This document shows, piece by piece, positions 1 to 13,524 of a stretch of 64,000 bases of DNA. A program made the position numbers and the translations under genes. Origin of the DNA: Eledone cirrhosa (Eukaryota); NCBI GenBank assembly GCA_964016885.1, contig CAXHJY010000184.1:682001-746000 (forward strand), read 5' to 3'. The stretch's first letter is position 1. The number at the start of each line of letters is the position of its first letter. The notes under the pieces were generated by a model, which worked only from the letters and a program-made list of their open reading frames with translations, did not search any database and was not told the origin of the DNA.

Positions 1-3000
1 ATGAGGACAGTAACTCCCAAGACATGTTCTGCGATAGGACCTCTACAACCTATATCACAGGTTACCTGCCTATGATGGCAGTAACTCCTAAGACATGTTC
101 TGCGATAGGATCTATACAGCCTATATCATAGGTTACCTGCCTACGAGGACAGTAACTCCTAAGACATGTTCTATATAGGACCTATACAACGTATATCACA
201 GCTTACCTGCCTATGAGGACAGTAACTCCTAAGACATGTTCTAGATATGTAACCTGTGATATAGGCTGTATAGGTCCTGTCTATGATGACAGTAACTCGT
301 AAGACATGTTCTGCGATAGGACCTATACAACCTATATCACAGCTTACCTGCCTATGATGGCAGTAACTCCTAAGACATGTTCTGAGATAGGACCTATACA
401 ACCTATATCTCAGGTTACCTGTCTACGAGGACAGTAACTCCTAAGACATGTTCTAGACAGGACCTATACAACCTATATCACAGGTTACCTGCCTACGAGG
501 ACAGTAACTCCTAAGACATGTTCTGAGATAGGACCTATACAACCCATATCACAGGTTACCTGTCTATGAGGACAGTAACTCCTAAGACATGTTCTGAGAT
601 AGGACCTATACAACCTATATCTCAGGTTACCTGTCTACGAGGACAGTAACTCCTAAGACATGTTCTAGACAGGACCTATACAACCTATATCACAGTTTAC
701 CTGCCTACGAGGACAGTAACTCCTAAGACATGTTCTGAGATAGGACCTATACAACCCATATCACAGGTTACCTGTCTATGAGGACAGTAACTCCTAAGAC
801 ATGTTCTGAGATAGGACCTATACAACCTATATCACAGGTTACCTGTCTACGAGGACAGCAACTCCTAAGACATGTTCTGAGATAGGATCTATACAACCTA
901 TATCACAGCTTAACTGCCTATGATGGCAGTAACTCCTAAGACATGTTCTAGATAGGACCTATACAACCTATATCACAGCTTACCTGCCTATGAGGACAGT
1001 AACTCCTAAGACATGTTCTAGACAGGAACTATACAACCTATATCACAGCTTACCTGCCTATGATGACAGTAACTCCTAAGACATGTTCTAGATAAGACCT
1101 ATACAACCTATATCACAGCTTACCTGCCTACGAGGACAGTAACTCCTAAGACATGTTCTATATAGGACCTATACAACCTACATCACAGCTTACCTGCGTA
1201 TGACAGTAACTCCTAAGACATGTTCTGAGATAGGACATATACAACCTATATCACAGCTTACCTGCCTATGAGCACAGTAACTCCTAAGACATGTTCTAGA
1301 TAGGACCTATACAACCTATATCACAGCTTACCTGCCTACGAGGACAGTAACTCCTAAGACATGTTCTAGATAGGATCTATACAACCTATATCACAGCTTA
1401 CCTGCCTATGAGGACAGTAACTCCTAAGACATGTTCTAGACAGGACCTATACAACCTATATCACAGGTTACCTGCCTATGAGGACAGTAACTCCTAAGAC
1501 ATATTCTGAGATAGGACCTATACAACAGGTTACCTGTCTATGAGGACAGTAACTCCTAAGACAGGTTCTAGATAGGATCTAAACAACCTATATCACAGGT
1601 TACCTGCCTATGAGGACAGTAACTCCTAAGACATGTTCTGAGATAGGACCTATACAACAGGTTACCTGTCTATGAGGACAGTAACTCCTAAGACAGGTTC
1701 TAGATAGGACATATACAATCTATATCACAGCCTACCTACCAAGGAGGACAGTAACTCCTAAGACATGTTCTGCGATAGGACCTCTACAACCTATATCACA
1801 GCTTACCTGCCTACGAGGACAGTAACTCCTAAGACATGTTCTGAGAAAGGACCTATACAACCTATATCACAGCTTACCTACCTATGAGGACAGTAACTCC
1901 CAAGACATGTTCTGCGATAGGACCTCTACAATCTATATCACAGGTTACCTGCCTATGATGGCAGTAACTCCTAAGACATGTTCTGCGATAGGATCTATAC
2001 AGCCTATATCACAGGTTACCTGCCTACGAGGACAGTAACTCCTAAGACATGTTCTATATAGGACCTATACAACCTATATCACAGCTTACCTGCCTATGAG
2101 GACAGTAACTCCTAAGACATGTTCTAGATATGTAACCTGTGATATAGGTTGTATAGGTCCTGTCTATGATGACAGTAACTCCTAAGACATGTTCTGCGAT
2201 AGGACCTATACAACCTATATCACAGCTTACCTGCCTATGATGGCAGTAACTCCTAAGACATGTTCTGAGATAGGACCTATACAACCTATATCTCAGGTTA
2301 CCTGTCTACGAGGACAGTAACTCCTAAGACATGTTCTAGACAGGACCTATACAACCTATATCACAGGTTACCTGCCTACGAGGACAGTAACTCCTAAGAC
2401 ATGTTCTGAGATAGGACCTATACAACCCATATCACAGGTTACCTGTCTATGAGGACAGTAACTCCTAAGACATCTTCTGAGATAGGACCTATACAACCTA
2501 TATCACAGCTTACCTGCCTATGATGGCAGTAACTCCTAAGACATGTTCTGAGATAGGACCTATACAACCTATATCACAGGTTACCTGCCTATGATGACAG
2601 TAACACCTAAGACATGTTCTAGTTAGGACCTATACAACCTATATCACAGGTTACCTGTCTACGAGGACAGTAACTCCTAAGACATGTTCTAGATAGGACC
2701 TATACAACCTATATCACAGCTTACCTGCCTATGAGGGCAGTAACTCCTAAGACTTGTTCTAGATAGGACCTATACAACCTATATCACAGCTTACCTGCCT
2801 ATGAGGACAGTAACTCCTAAGACATGTTCTGAGATAGGACCTATACAACAGGTTACCTGCCTATGAGGACAGTAACTCCTAAGACATGTTCTGCGATAGG
2901 ACCTATACAACCTATATCACAGGTTACCTGCCTATGATGGCAGTAACTCCTAAGACATGTTCTGAGATAGGACCTATACAACCTATATCACAGGTTACCT

Positions 3001-6000
3001 GCCTACGAGGACAGTAACTCCTAAGGCATGTTCTGAGATAGGACCTATACTACCTATATGACAGGTTACCTGCCTATGAGGACAGTAACTCCTAAGACAT
3101 GTTCTGAGATAGGACCTATACAACCTATATCACAGGTTACCCGTCTATGAGGACAGTAACTACTAAGACATGTTCTAGATAGGACCTATACAACCTATAT
3201 CACAGCTTACCTGCCTATGATGACAGTAACTCCTAAGACATGTTCTAGTTAGGACCTATACAACCTATATCACAGGTTACCTGTCTACGAGGACAGTAAC
3301 TCCTAAGACATGTTCTAGATAGGACCTATACAACCTATATCACAGCTTACTTGCCTACGAGGACAGTAACTCCTAAGACATGTTCTATATAGGACCTATA
3401 CAACCTACATCACAGCTTACCTGCGTATGACAGTAACTCCTAAGACATGTTCTGAGATAGGACATATACAACCTATATCACAGCTTACCTGCCTATGAGC
3501 ACAGTAACTCCTAAGACATGTTCCAGATAGGACCTATACAACCTATATCACAGCTTACCTGTCTATGAGGACAGTAACACCTAAGACAGGTTCTAGATAG
3601 GATCTATACAACCTATATCACAGGTTACCTGCCTATGAGGACAGTAACTCCTAAGACATGTTCTGAGATAGGACCTATACAACAGGTTACCTGTCTATGA
3701 GGACAGTAACTCCTAAGACAGGTTCTAGATAGGACATATACAACCTATATCACAGCTTACCTACCAAGGAGGACAGTAACCCCTAAGGCATGTTCTGCGA
3801 TAGGACCTCTACAACCTATATCACAGGATACCTGCCTATGATGGCAGTAACTCCTGAGACATGTTCTAGATAGGACCTATACAACCTATATCACAGTAAC
3901 TCCTAAGACATGTTCTGCGATAGGACCTATACAACTTATATCACAGGTTACCTGCCTATGATGACAGTAACTCCCAAGACATGTTCTAGAAAGGACCTAT
4001 ACAACCTATATCACAGCTTACCTGCCTATGATGACAGTAACTCCTAAGACATGTTCTAGACAGGAACTATACAACCTATATTACAGCTTACCTGCCTATG
4101 ATGAAAGTAACTTCTAAGACATGTTCTGCGATAGGACCTATACAACCTATATCACAGCTTACCTGCCTACAAGGACAGTAACTCCTAAGACATGTTCTAG
4201 ATAGGACCTATACAACCTATATCACACCTTACCTGCCTATGATGACTAACTCCTAAGACATGTTCTAGAAAGGAACTATACAACCTATATCACACCTTAC
4301 CTGCCTATGAGGACAGTAACTCCTAAGACATGTTCTAAATAGGACCTATACAACCTCTAACACAAGTTACCTGCCTATGATGACAGTAACTCCTAAGACA
4401 TGTTCTGAGATAGGACCTATACAACCTATATCACAGCTTACCTGTCTATGAGGACAGTAACTCCTAAGACATGTTCTGAGATAGGACCTATACAAACTAT
4501 ATCTCAGGTCACCTGCCTACGAGGAGAGTAACTCCTAAGACATGTTCTGAGATAGGACCTATACAGCCTATATCACAGGTTACCTGTCTATGAGGACAGT
4601 AACTCCTAAGACATGTTCTATAAAGGACCTATACAACCTACATCACAGCTTACCTGCGTATGAGGACAGTAACTCCTAAGACATGTTCTGAGATAGGACA
4701 TATACAACCTATATCACAGCTTACCTGTCTATGATGACAGTAACTCCTAAGACATGTTCTAGATAGGACCTATACAACCTATATCACAGCTTACTTGCCT
4801 ATGAGCACAGTAACTCCTAAGACATGTTCTAGATAGGACCTATACAACCTATATCACAGCTTACCTGTCTATGATGGCAGTAACTCCTAAGACATGTTCT
4901 AGATAGGACCTATAAAACCTCTATCACAGGTTACCTACCTATGATGACAGTAACTCCTAAGACATGTTCTAGATAGGACCTATACAACCTATATCACAGG
5001 TTACCTGCCTATGAGGACAGTAACTCCTAAGACATGTTCTAGATAGGACCTATACAACCTATATCACAGCTTACCTGTCTATGAGGACAGTAACTCCTAA
5101 GACATGTTCTAGATATGTAACCTGTGATATAGGTTGTATAGGTCCTGTCTATGATGACAGTAACTCCTAAGACATGTTCTGCGATAGGACCTATACAACC
5201 TATATCACAGCTTACCTGCCTATGATGACAGTAACTCCTAAGACATGTTCTGAGATAGGACCTATACAACCTATATCACAGCTTACCTGTCTATGAGGAC
5301 AGTAACTCCTAAGACATGTTCTGAGATAGGACCTATACAAACTATATCTCAGGTCACCTGCCTACGAGGAGAGTAACTCCTAAGACATGTTCTGAGATAG
5401 GACCTATACAGCCTATATCACAGGTTACCTGTCTATGAGGACAGTAACTCCTAAGACATGTTCTATAAAGGACCTATACAACCTACATCACAGCTTACCT
5501 GCGTATGAGGACAGTAACTCCTAAGACATGTTCTGAGATAGGACATATACAACCTATATCACAGCTTACCTGTCTATGATGACAGTAACTCCTAAGACAT
5601 GTTCTAGATAGGACCTATACAACCTATATCACAGCTTACTTGCCTATGAGCACAGTAACTCCTAAGACATGTTCTAGATAGGACCTATACAACCTATATC
5701 ACAGCTTACCTGTCTATGATGGCAGTAACTCCTAAGACATGTTCTAGATAGGACCTATAAAACCTCTATCACAGGTTACCTACCTATGATGACAGTAACT
5801 CCTAAGACATGTTCTAGATAGGACCTATACAACCTATATCACAGGTTACCTGCCTATGAGGACAGTAACTCCTAAGACATGTTCTAGATAGGACCTATAC
5901 AACCTATATCACAGCTTACCTGTCTATGAGGACAGTAACTCCTAAGACATGTTCTGCGATAGGACCTATACAACCTATATCACAGGTTACCTGCCTATGA

Positions 6001-8270
6001 TGGCAGTAACTCCTAAGACATGTTCTGAGATAGGACCTATACAACCTATATCTCAGGTCACCTGCCTACGAGGACAGTAACTCCTAAGACAGGTTCTAGA
6101 TAGGACCTATACAACCTATATCACAGGTTACCTGTGTATGATGACAGTAACTCCTAAGACATGTTCTAGATAGGACCTATACAACCTATATCACAGGTTA
6201 CCTGCCTATGAGGACAGTAACTCCAAAGACATGTTCTGAGATAGGACCTATACAACCTATATCACAGGTTACCTGCCTATGATGACAGTAACTCCTAAGA
6301 CATGTTCTAGACAGGACCTATACAACCTATATCACAGCTTACCTGCCTATGATGACAGTAACTCCTAAGACATGTTCTAGATAGGACCTATACAACCTAT
6401 ATCACAGGTTACCTGTCTACGAGGACAGTAACTCCTAAGACATGTTCTGAGATAGGACCTATACAACCTATATCACAGCTTACCTGCCTACGATGGCAGT
6501 AACTCCTAAGACATGTTCTAGAAAGGAACTATACAACCTACATCACAGCTTACCTGCCTACGAGGACAGTAACTCCTAAGACATGTTCTATATAGGACCT
6601 CTACAACCTATATCACAGGTTACCTGTCTATGATGACAGTAACTCCTAAGACATGTTCTAGATAGGACCTATACAACCTATATCACAGCTTACCTGTCTA
6701 TGATGACAGTAACTCCTAAGACATGTTCTGAGATAGGACCAATACAAACTATATCTCAGGTCACCTGCCTACGAGGAGAGTAACTCCTAAGACATGTTCT
6801 GAGATAGGACCTATACAACCTATATCACAGGTTACCTGTCTATGAGCACAGTAACTCCTAAGACATGTTTTAGATAGGACCTATACAACCTATATCACAG
6901 CTTACCTGCCTACGAGGACAGTAACTCCTAAGACATGTTCTGCGATAGGACCTATACAACCTATATCACAGGTTACCTGCCTATGATGGCAGTAACTCCT
7001 AAGACATGTTCTGAGATAGGACCTATACAACCTATATCTCAGGTCACCTGCCTACGAGGACAGTAACTCCTAAGACATGTTCTAGAAAGGAACTATACAA
7101 CCTACATCACAGCTTACCTGCCTACGAGGACAGTAACTCCTAAGACATGTTCTATATAGGACCTCTACAACCTATATCACAGGTTACCTGTCTATGATGA
7201 CAGTAACTCCTAAGACATGTTCTGAGATAGGACCTATACAACTTATATCACAGCTTACCTGCCTATGATGACAGTAACTCCTAAGACATGTTCTAGAAAG
7301 GACCTATACAACCTATATCACAGGTTACCTGCCTATGATGACAGTAACTCCTAAGACATGTTCTAGACAGAACCTATACAACCTATATCACAGCTTACCT
7401 GCCTATGATGACAGTAACTCCTAAGACATGTTCTAGATAGGACCTATACAACCTATATCACAGGTTACCTGTCTATGAGGACAGTAACTCCTAAGACATG
7501 TTCTGAGATAGGACCTATACAACCTATATCACAGGTTACCTGCCTATGATGGCAGTAACTCCTAAGACATGTTCTGAGATAGGACCTATACAACCTATAT
7601 CACAGGTTACCTGCCTATGATGGCAGTCACTCTTAAGACATGTTCTGAGATAGGATCTATACAACCTATATCACAGCTTACCTGTCTACGAGGACAGTAA
7701 CTCCTAAGACATGTTCTATATAGGACCTCTACAACCTATATCACAGGTTACCTGTCTATGATGACAGTAACTCCTAAGACATGTTCTAGATAGGACCTAT
7801 ACAACCTACATCACAGCTTATTTGCCTATGAGGACAGTAACTCCTAAGACATGTTCTGAGATAGGACCTATACAACCAATATCACAGGTTACCTGCCTAT
7901 GATGGCAGTAACTCCTAAGACATGTTCTGAGATAGGACCTATACAACCTATATCACAGGTTACCTGCCTATGATGGCAGTCACTCCTAAGACATGTTCTG
8001 AGATAGGATCTATACAACCTATATCACAGCTTACCTGTCTACGAGGACAGTAACTCCTAAGACATGTTCTATATAGGACCTCTACAACCTATATCACAGG
8101 TTACCTGTCTATGATGACAGTAACTCCTAAGACATGTTCTAGATAGGACCTATACAACCTACATCACAGCTTATTTGCCTATGAGGACAGTAACTCCTAA
8201 GACATGTTCTGAGATAGGACCTATACAACCTATATCACAGCTTACCTGTCTATGATGGCAGTAACTCCTA
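1..8270. repeat. Satellite array, 70/71-bp monomer, about 117 copies, runs off the window start
   Basis: Consensus atgaggacagtaactcctaagacatgttct(g)agataggacctatacaacctatatcacag(g/c)ttacctgcct repeats continuously, with higher-order duplications and three locally inverted monomers. Confidence 0.98.
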
Positions 8271-8829
8271 ATAAGAACTAATCCAGTGTAAAAAGGACTC
8301 TTTCATGTCACTACAGTCAGTCTTTTTAGTGCCTGTGACATACTAAAATGCCCCCAGTACACTCTGTAAGGTGAATGGCATTATGAAGGGAACTCGGCTG
8401 TAGAAAGCAAGCGACAATGGATTATATGAACAAGCTGTGGACCACATCACTTGTCTCACTTCAGACATCTATGAAACTACAAATACCACTTATATGATTA
8501 CAAAAAGATTTTTTAAATACTGAAAAAACATAAGAAAAAGAAAATGACAAGAAATGGCTTTGGTTCTTTACATGAGGGTATTTGAAAGAGTTTAAGTTAA
8601 ACCCCACCCACAAATGAAAGAAAGAATAAAATAGAACGAACTATACTATGCCACCAACAACTAGCATATCTGTAGAGGAAGTAGGTAGAAATTAACTTTA
8701 GTGATGAAAATAGCTGCAGACATTATGTTGCATGGAGTGAAGGAGATAAAAAGAAAAATATTCCCCAATGTGCAAACGTGAGAGGTGTAAGAAAAAGAAA
8801 AAAATTATGTATATACATATATATGTATA

Positions 8830-8868
<39 letters not shown>

Positions 8869-8909
8869 TTTATATATACACATAAGATATATATATTTTA
8901 TATGTATAT

Positions 8910-8963
<54 letters not shown>

Positions 8964-9393
8964 AATAATGTATATAAATAGTTTCTCTTTTTTGTTGGTT
9001 TAATGATAAATAGTTGATAGACATGCAGTGAGTGGGATTAAAAGGACAGGAGGAGTGGAATGCACAGGAAATTGGCCATGACACGAACCTTTCCTGCAAG
9101 CAGAGATTTTTTTTGAAGAACTTGGATTTAATTCAGCAGTGTCTCTCTCTCTCTCTCTGTCTCCCTCTTCAAGACAGAGTCTACCCTGCCTCACAGCAAT
9201 ATTTTGTCTATTTTTGTTTTATATTTAGACTTTACTGAAAAAAGGAATAGAAAGCCTATGAAAGGTGGATGTGTGAGAGGAGACACACACATATATATAT
9301 ATATATATATACAGACACAAACATATGTATACACAAACACGCACACATATTCACACAAATGTACGGACAAATACACATACATACATTATATAT

Positions 9394-9711
9394 ATAAAAT
9401 GGAAAACGAAGAATCAGTTATGCATCGGAACTCAATTTAATGCGTATTACAAATGTTTCTCCGAGGTGCGATCTGTTGGTGGATCGACCTGACTCTGGAT
9501 TCGCAAGCTCCTCAGATACGTCTGTTTTGGAACCAACAGACGTAAAAGAGAACCTGCTTTGTAACCAACAAGCGTATCTGAGGAACTTGCGAATCCAGAG
9601 TCAGGTCGATCTATCAACAGATCGCACCTCGAGCTGTTCGGCGGAGAAACATTTGTAATACACAATAAATTGAGTTCCGATGCAACACTGATGCTTTGTT
9701 TTCCATTTTAT
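9394..9711. mobile_element. Long imperfect palindrome (about 318 bp), probably a Penelope-like inverted pseudo-LTR or foldback element
   Basis: The left arm ataaaatggaaaac...ctcctcagatacg is the reverse complement of the right arm cgtatctgagga...gttttccattttat. The mirrored ORFs 9440..9658(+) and 9447..9665(-) reflect this. The family assignment is inference. Confidence 0.6.
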
Positions 9712-9806
9712 CATACTCTGCTCCGTAGGAGCATAGAGTGCTCAACACGCATACCGCCTATGGACGCATCTTAGCTACCTTAAGACATATATGTATATGT
9801 ATATAT

Positions 9807-9990
9807 ATAGGAAAAAGTATGACCCTGACGGCAGAGCCCAAGCCGTTTCGACGGCTATTTCCGTCCAGAACAGCTTGAGCTCTGCCGTTGGGGTCATACT
9901 TTTTCCTATTTCCGACTCTACTACCCTAAGTATTGAGTACTCTGGTGTGTTATCGTCCATCTGGTTCCTTATCACAATTCCTTTGTTTTA
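9807..9990. mobile_element. Second palindromic element in (TA)n (hairpin 9807-9909 plus unpaired tail)
   Basis: ataggaaaaagtatgaccc...gggtcatactttttcctat forms a stem of about 48 bp, flanked by (TA)n. Confidence 0.55.
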
Positions 9991-10226
9991 TATATATATA
10001 TATATACAAACACATACACACAGTCCTACCCACGCTAGCTTGGAGAATGGACGTTAAACGATGATGATGATATATATATATATAAATTAAAAAGATAAAA
10101 TATCACTCACAGAAGTAATTTAACATTAAACTTATGCCACAATCTTAGACTAACTTATTTTAGTTGGACTGACTTATTCTAACCTAAATGGAGATTTTGG
10201 CATATATATATATATATATATATATC

Positions 10227-12502
10227 TCATCATCATCATCATCGTTTAACGTCCATCTTCCACACTTGCATGGATTTGGACTGGAATTTTCCCACTTGAG
10301 GCAAGATTGGTTGTCTTGCTCATACAGGACTGTCTGGCGGGTTTTCTACGGCTGGATGTCCTTCCCAACACCAACCACGTTTACAGTGTGTACTGGGAGG
10401 TTTTTATCACGTTACCTACACGGCCACATTACAGCGTGGACTGTGTTTTTTTGTCGTGACACCTACACGACCTCATTTGTTTCGGACTGGATGTTGTGGT
10501 ACCAACATAACTTGACATTTAAGAGGGTGGTGTGGATGGGGTGGGGGTAGTGGGACGGGGGTGTATTTTGTTAGAGATGCCTACTGACTGTAGTAGGTTT
10601 CACTTTGCACTTAGGTAAGGCGGGTCTTCTCTATTACTGTGTAGCGCCAAAGATCTCGGTCCAGTGACATTGTCTTGGAGAGGTGTAAGTGTGTGAGGTC
10701 GGAATTTATCAAGTAGTCCCAGATTTTTCTGGGTCTGCCTACTCCGTGGCTACAGTCTATTTTTATTGCCCTGCACTTTTTTATACAGCTGTCGTCTTTC
10801 ATGCGCATCATGTGACCATACCAACGTAGTCTTCTCTCGAGTAAACAACATCTGATCCCTCTTATTTCTAATTTTTCCCTTAGTTCATTTATGCTTTGCC
10901 GTTCACGTATATTACTATTACACATCCAGCGGAGCATGCAAGCTTCGTTTCTCTCCAGTCTGCGTATATCCTCTGCACACAATGCCCAGGTCTCACTGCC
11001 ATGTAACATTGCTGTTCGTATGCAGGCATCATACAGCCTGCCTTTCATTTTTAGAGAGAACCCTTTAGCGGCCAATAGTGGTATAAGCTCTCTGAACTTT
11101 TTCCATCCCGTTCTGACTCTAGCTACTGTACTTTCAGAGCACCCTCCCCGACTGCTGATTTTGTCACCCAGGTAACGGAAGCTGTCCACTATTTCTATAG
11201 AACCATCTGTGCAATGGAATGAGCTAGTATTCTGTGGGCACTTGCTGCTACTTATTGCACCAGAGCACCGGCCACATATAAAATCTATATTCTTAGTTAG
11301 TGATCCCACTACATCTTTTATGTACCCATACTTTGCATTTGGGACATAAAATGGAGTTTCTACCTACTCCTTTCCTACACACTGAGCATGGCCATTTCCC
11401 AGATGGGACCGGCGCCCTATTTTCCTTCCTACAAACTAGAACTATAGTCTTAGACAAGTTAACTTTAAGGCCTTTTGATTCTAGGCCATGCTTCCATGTT
11501 TGGCTGAACTAGAGAAGAAATTCCATTGATTCAGCTATGAGCATTAGATCATCTGCGTATAGGAGTTTCCATGGGCAGCCGGTCTTGAACTCCTCTGTTA
11601 TAGCCTGAAGGGCAATAATAAATAGTAGGGGGCTAAGAACGGAGCCCTGATGAACACCAACTTTTACACTAAACTCTTCACTATATTCGTTAATTCTAAC
11701 CTTGCTGACTGTTTCTTTATACATGGCTTGTATAGCTCTCACAAGCCATTCATCAACACCTAGTTTTCTAAGAGCCCACCAGATAATGGAGCGGAGGACT
11801 CTGTGAAAGGCTTTCTCCAAGTCAACAAAAGCTAAGTATAGGGGTTTACTTTTAGCTAGGTACTTCTCCTGTAGTTGTCGTACAATGAAAAGAGCGTCTG
11901 TGGTACTTTTGCCTGACACAAACCCGAACTGCATTTCATCTAGATCAATTCTCTCTCTGATTAGTTGCGCTATTACTTTTTCCGTGACCTTCATGACCTG
12001 GTCGATTAATTTAATGCCTCTATAGTTACCCCTATCTAGGGCATCTCCTTTACCCTTATAACAGTTAACGATGATGCTGCTACGCCAGTCCTTCGGAACA
12101 ACCCCATTCTTTACGACTTGGTTAACTATCCGGGTGACCATGGTGTGTCCCACCGTACCAGATGCCTTCAGCATCTCGGCAACTATTTCCGAAGGTCCAG
12201 CCGCCTTACCCGTCTTCATATCTTTGATTGCCTTATTATACTACCCTCGACTAACACTGCTGGTCCCTCTATTGGGTCGATGTGGGGGGAGACTGTCTTT
12301 CTCCCATTTATTCTCCTCATTTAGTAGCCTTTAATAGAGACACTTCCAAGCTACCTTCTTATCAGCATCAGTGATGGCAAGTACGCCGTCATCGTTAAGT
12401 ACACACCTCTCCCCGACAATATCACGGTTTTCTTTGACACATTGCCTAGCAATACTGAACACCTCACGTTTTTGGTCCTCGCGTTGTAGAACATGCTTGA
12501 AC
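10227..12502 (-). mobile_element. 5'-truncated RTE-clade LINE, frameshifted RT pseudogene
   Basis: ORF 11509..12219 has RT motifs NYRGIKL, QFGF, FVDLEKAF, GVHQGSVLSPLLF and YADD. ORF 10611..11309 has the RTE C-terminus (HGSETW, RLRWYGH, GRP.K.W). The 3' tail ends in (GAT)n. Confidence 0.95.
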
Positions 12503-12810
12503 ACACACAGTATATATATATATACAGTATATATATATATACACACACACACAGTGTACCCCCCAGCATTCACGCTCCCGGTTATTCACAGAATGTCCCT
12601 TAGAACCTAACTAATAATTGGAAACCACTGTATATTCACAGAATTGTAAATATGTTCCGCAATCTTTTTTAATGGCTTTTTCAGGGCAATATATTTTTTT
12701 TAACACTAAATTAATAATATACCATATTTGCTGGCCTACTGGACGCCCCTTTGTATAAGACGCTACCTCTTTTTTAAAAATTATATTTTTACATTTACAA
12801 ATGTGTGCGT

Positions 12811-13146
12811 ATCATCATTATCATCATCATTTCATTTTACGTCCGCTTTTCCCTGCTTGCAAGGGTGGGACGGGAACTGATTCTGGCTTGATTTCTACAG
12901 CTGGATGCCCTTCCTAACACCAACCTCATTTACAGTGAGTGCTGGGTGCTTTTTTGCCGTGGCACCTCCACGACCACTTTACAGTGGAATGATAGGGTCC
13001 CCAGTCCCTATCATCTCATTTCTACAGCTGAGTAAACTGGAGCAATGTGAAATAAAGTGTCTTGCTCAAGGAAACAACACATCACCCGGTCTGAGAATTG
13101 AACTCACAACCTTTCGATGCTCTAACCAGTAAGCCATGTGCCTCCA
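12811..13146 (-). mobile_element. tRNA-derived SINE with RTE-type 3' tail
   Basis: Near-identical inverted copy of 60346-60660, with A/B-box-like head and (GAT)n tail. Confidence 0.85.
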
Positions 13147-13524
13147 TATTAAATAGTTAAAGATGACACTCAATCACATGACACAAGCAGCTTTGTGCTG
13201 ATGTTTCCCTACTAATAATTTTAGACACACGCCAACACACTTGTAGTACTACCACAAGTGATGGCGAGGCTAAAGAACAGGAATAACCAAGTACTCTTAC
13301 AGGCATCACCTGATATGTTGGTAATGCAAGCCACTAACGAGGACAAGAACTTCATTATCAATAGGTCTAGCTCTGCATTGAAACAGAGCAAGCTGTGTTT
13401 GACATTATTCATAAAACAAATCTCTTTTTAAACTGTCCTATATTCAAATGACAGTAAACTGTTTATAAACACAGGACATATGACAGGAAATACATATGTA
13501 GTCTATTACTCCTCTTCCTATCAC

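Noticed and set aside
1-8270. Regular repeats as a CRISPR array, and the three 76-aa ORFs as genes
   Set aside because: There are no unique spacers and no cas genes, and the context is eukaryotic. The ORFs exist only because the micro-inversion removes stop codons.
8640-8680. Acceptor-like site on minus (cttcctctacag) as the next ABHD2 exon
   Set aside because: The in-phase reading gives DMLVVGGIV then a stop, with no CPGIAN-like motif.
13221-13412. 63-aa minus ORF with acceptor and donor-like sites as an ABHD2 exon
   Set aside because: No similarity to the expected ABHD2 segment.
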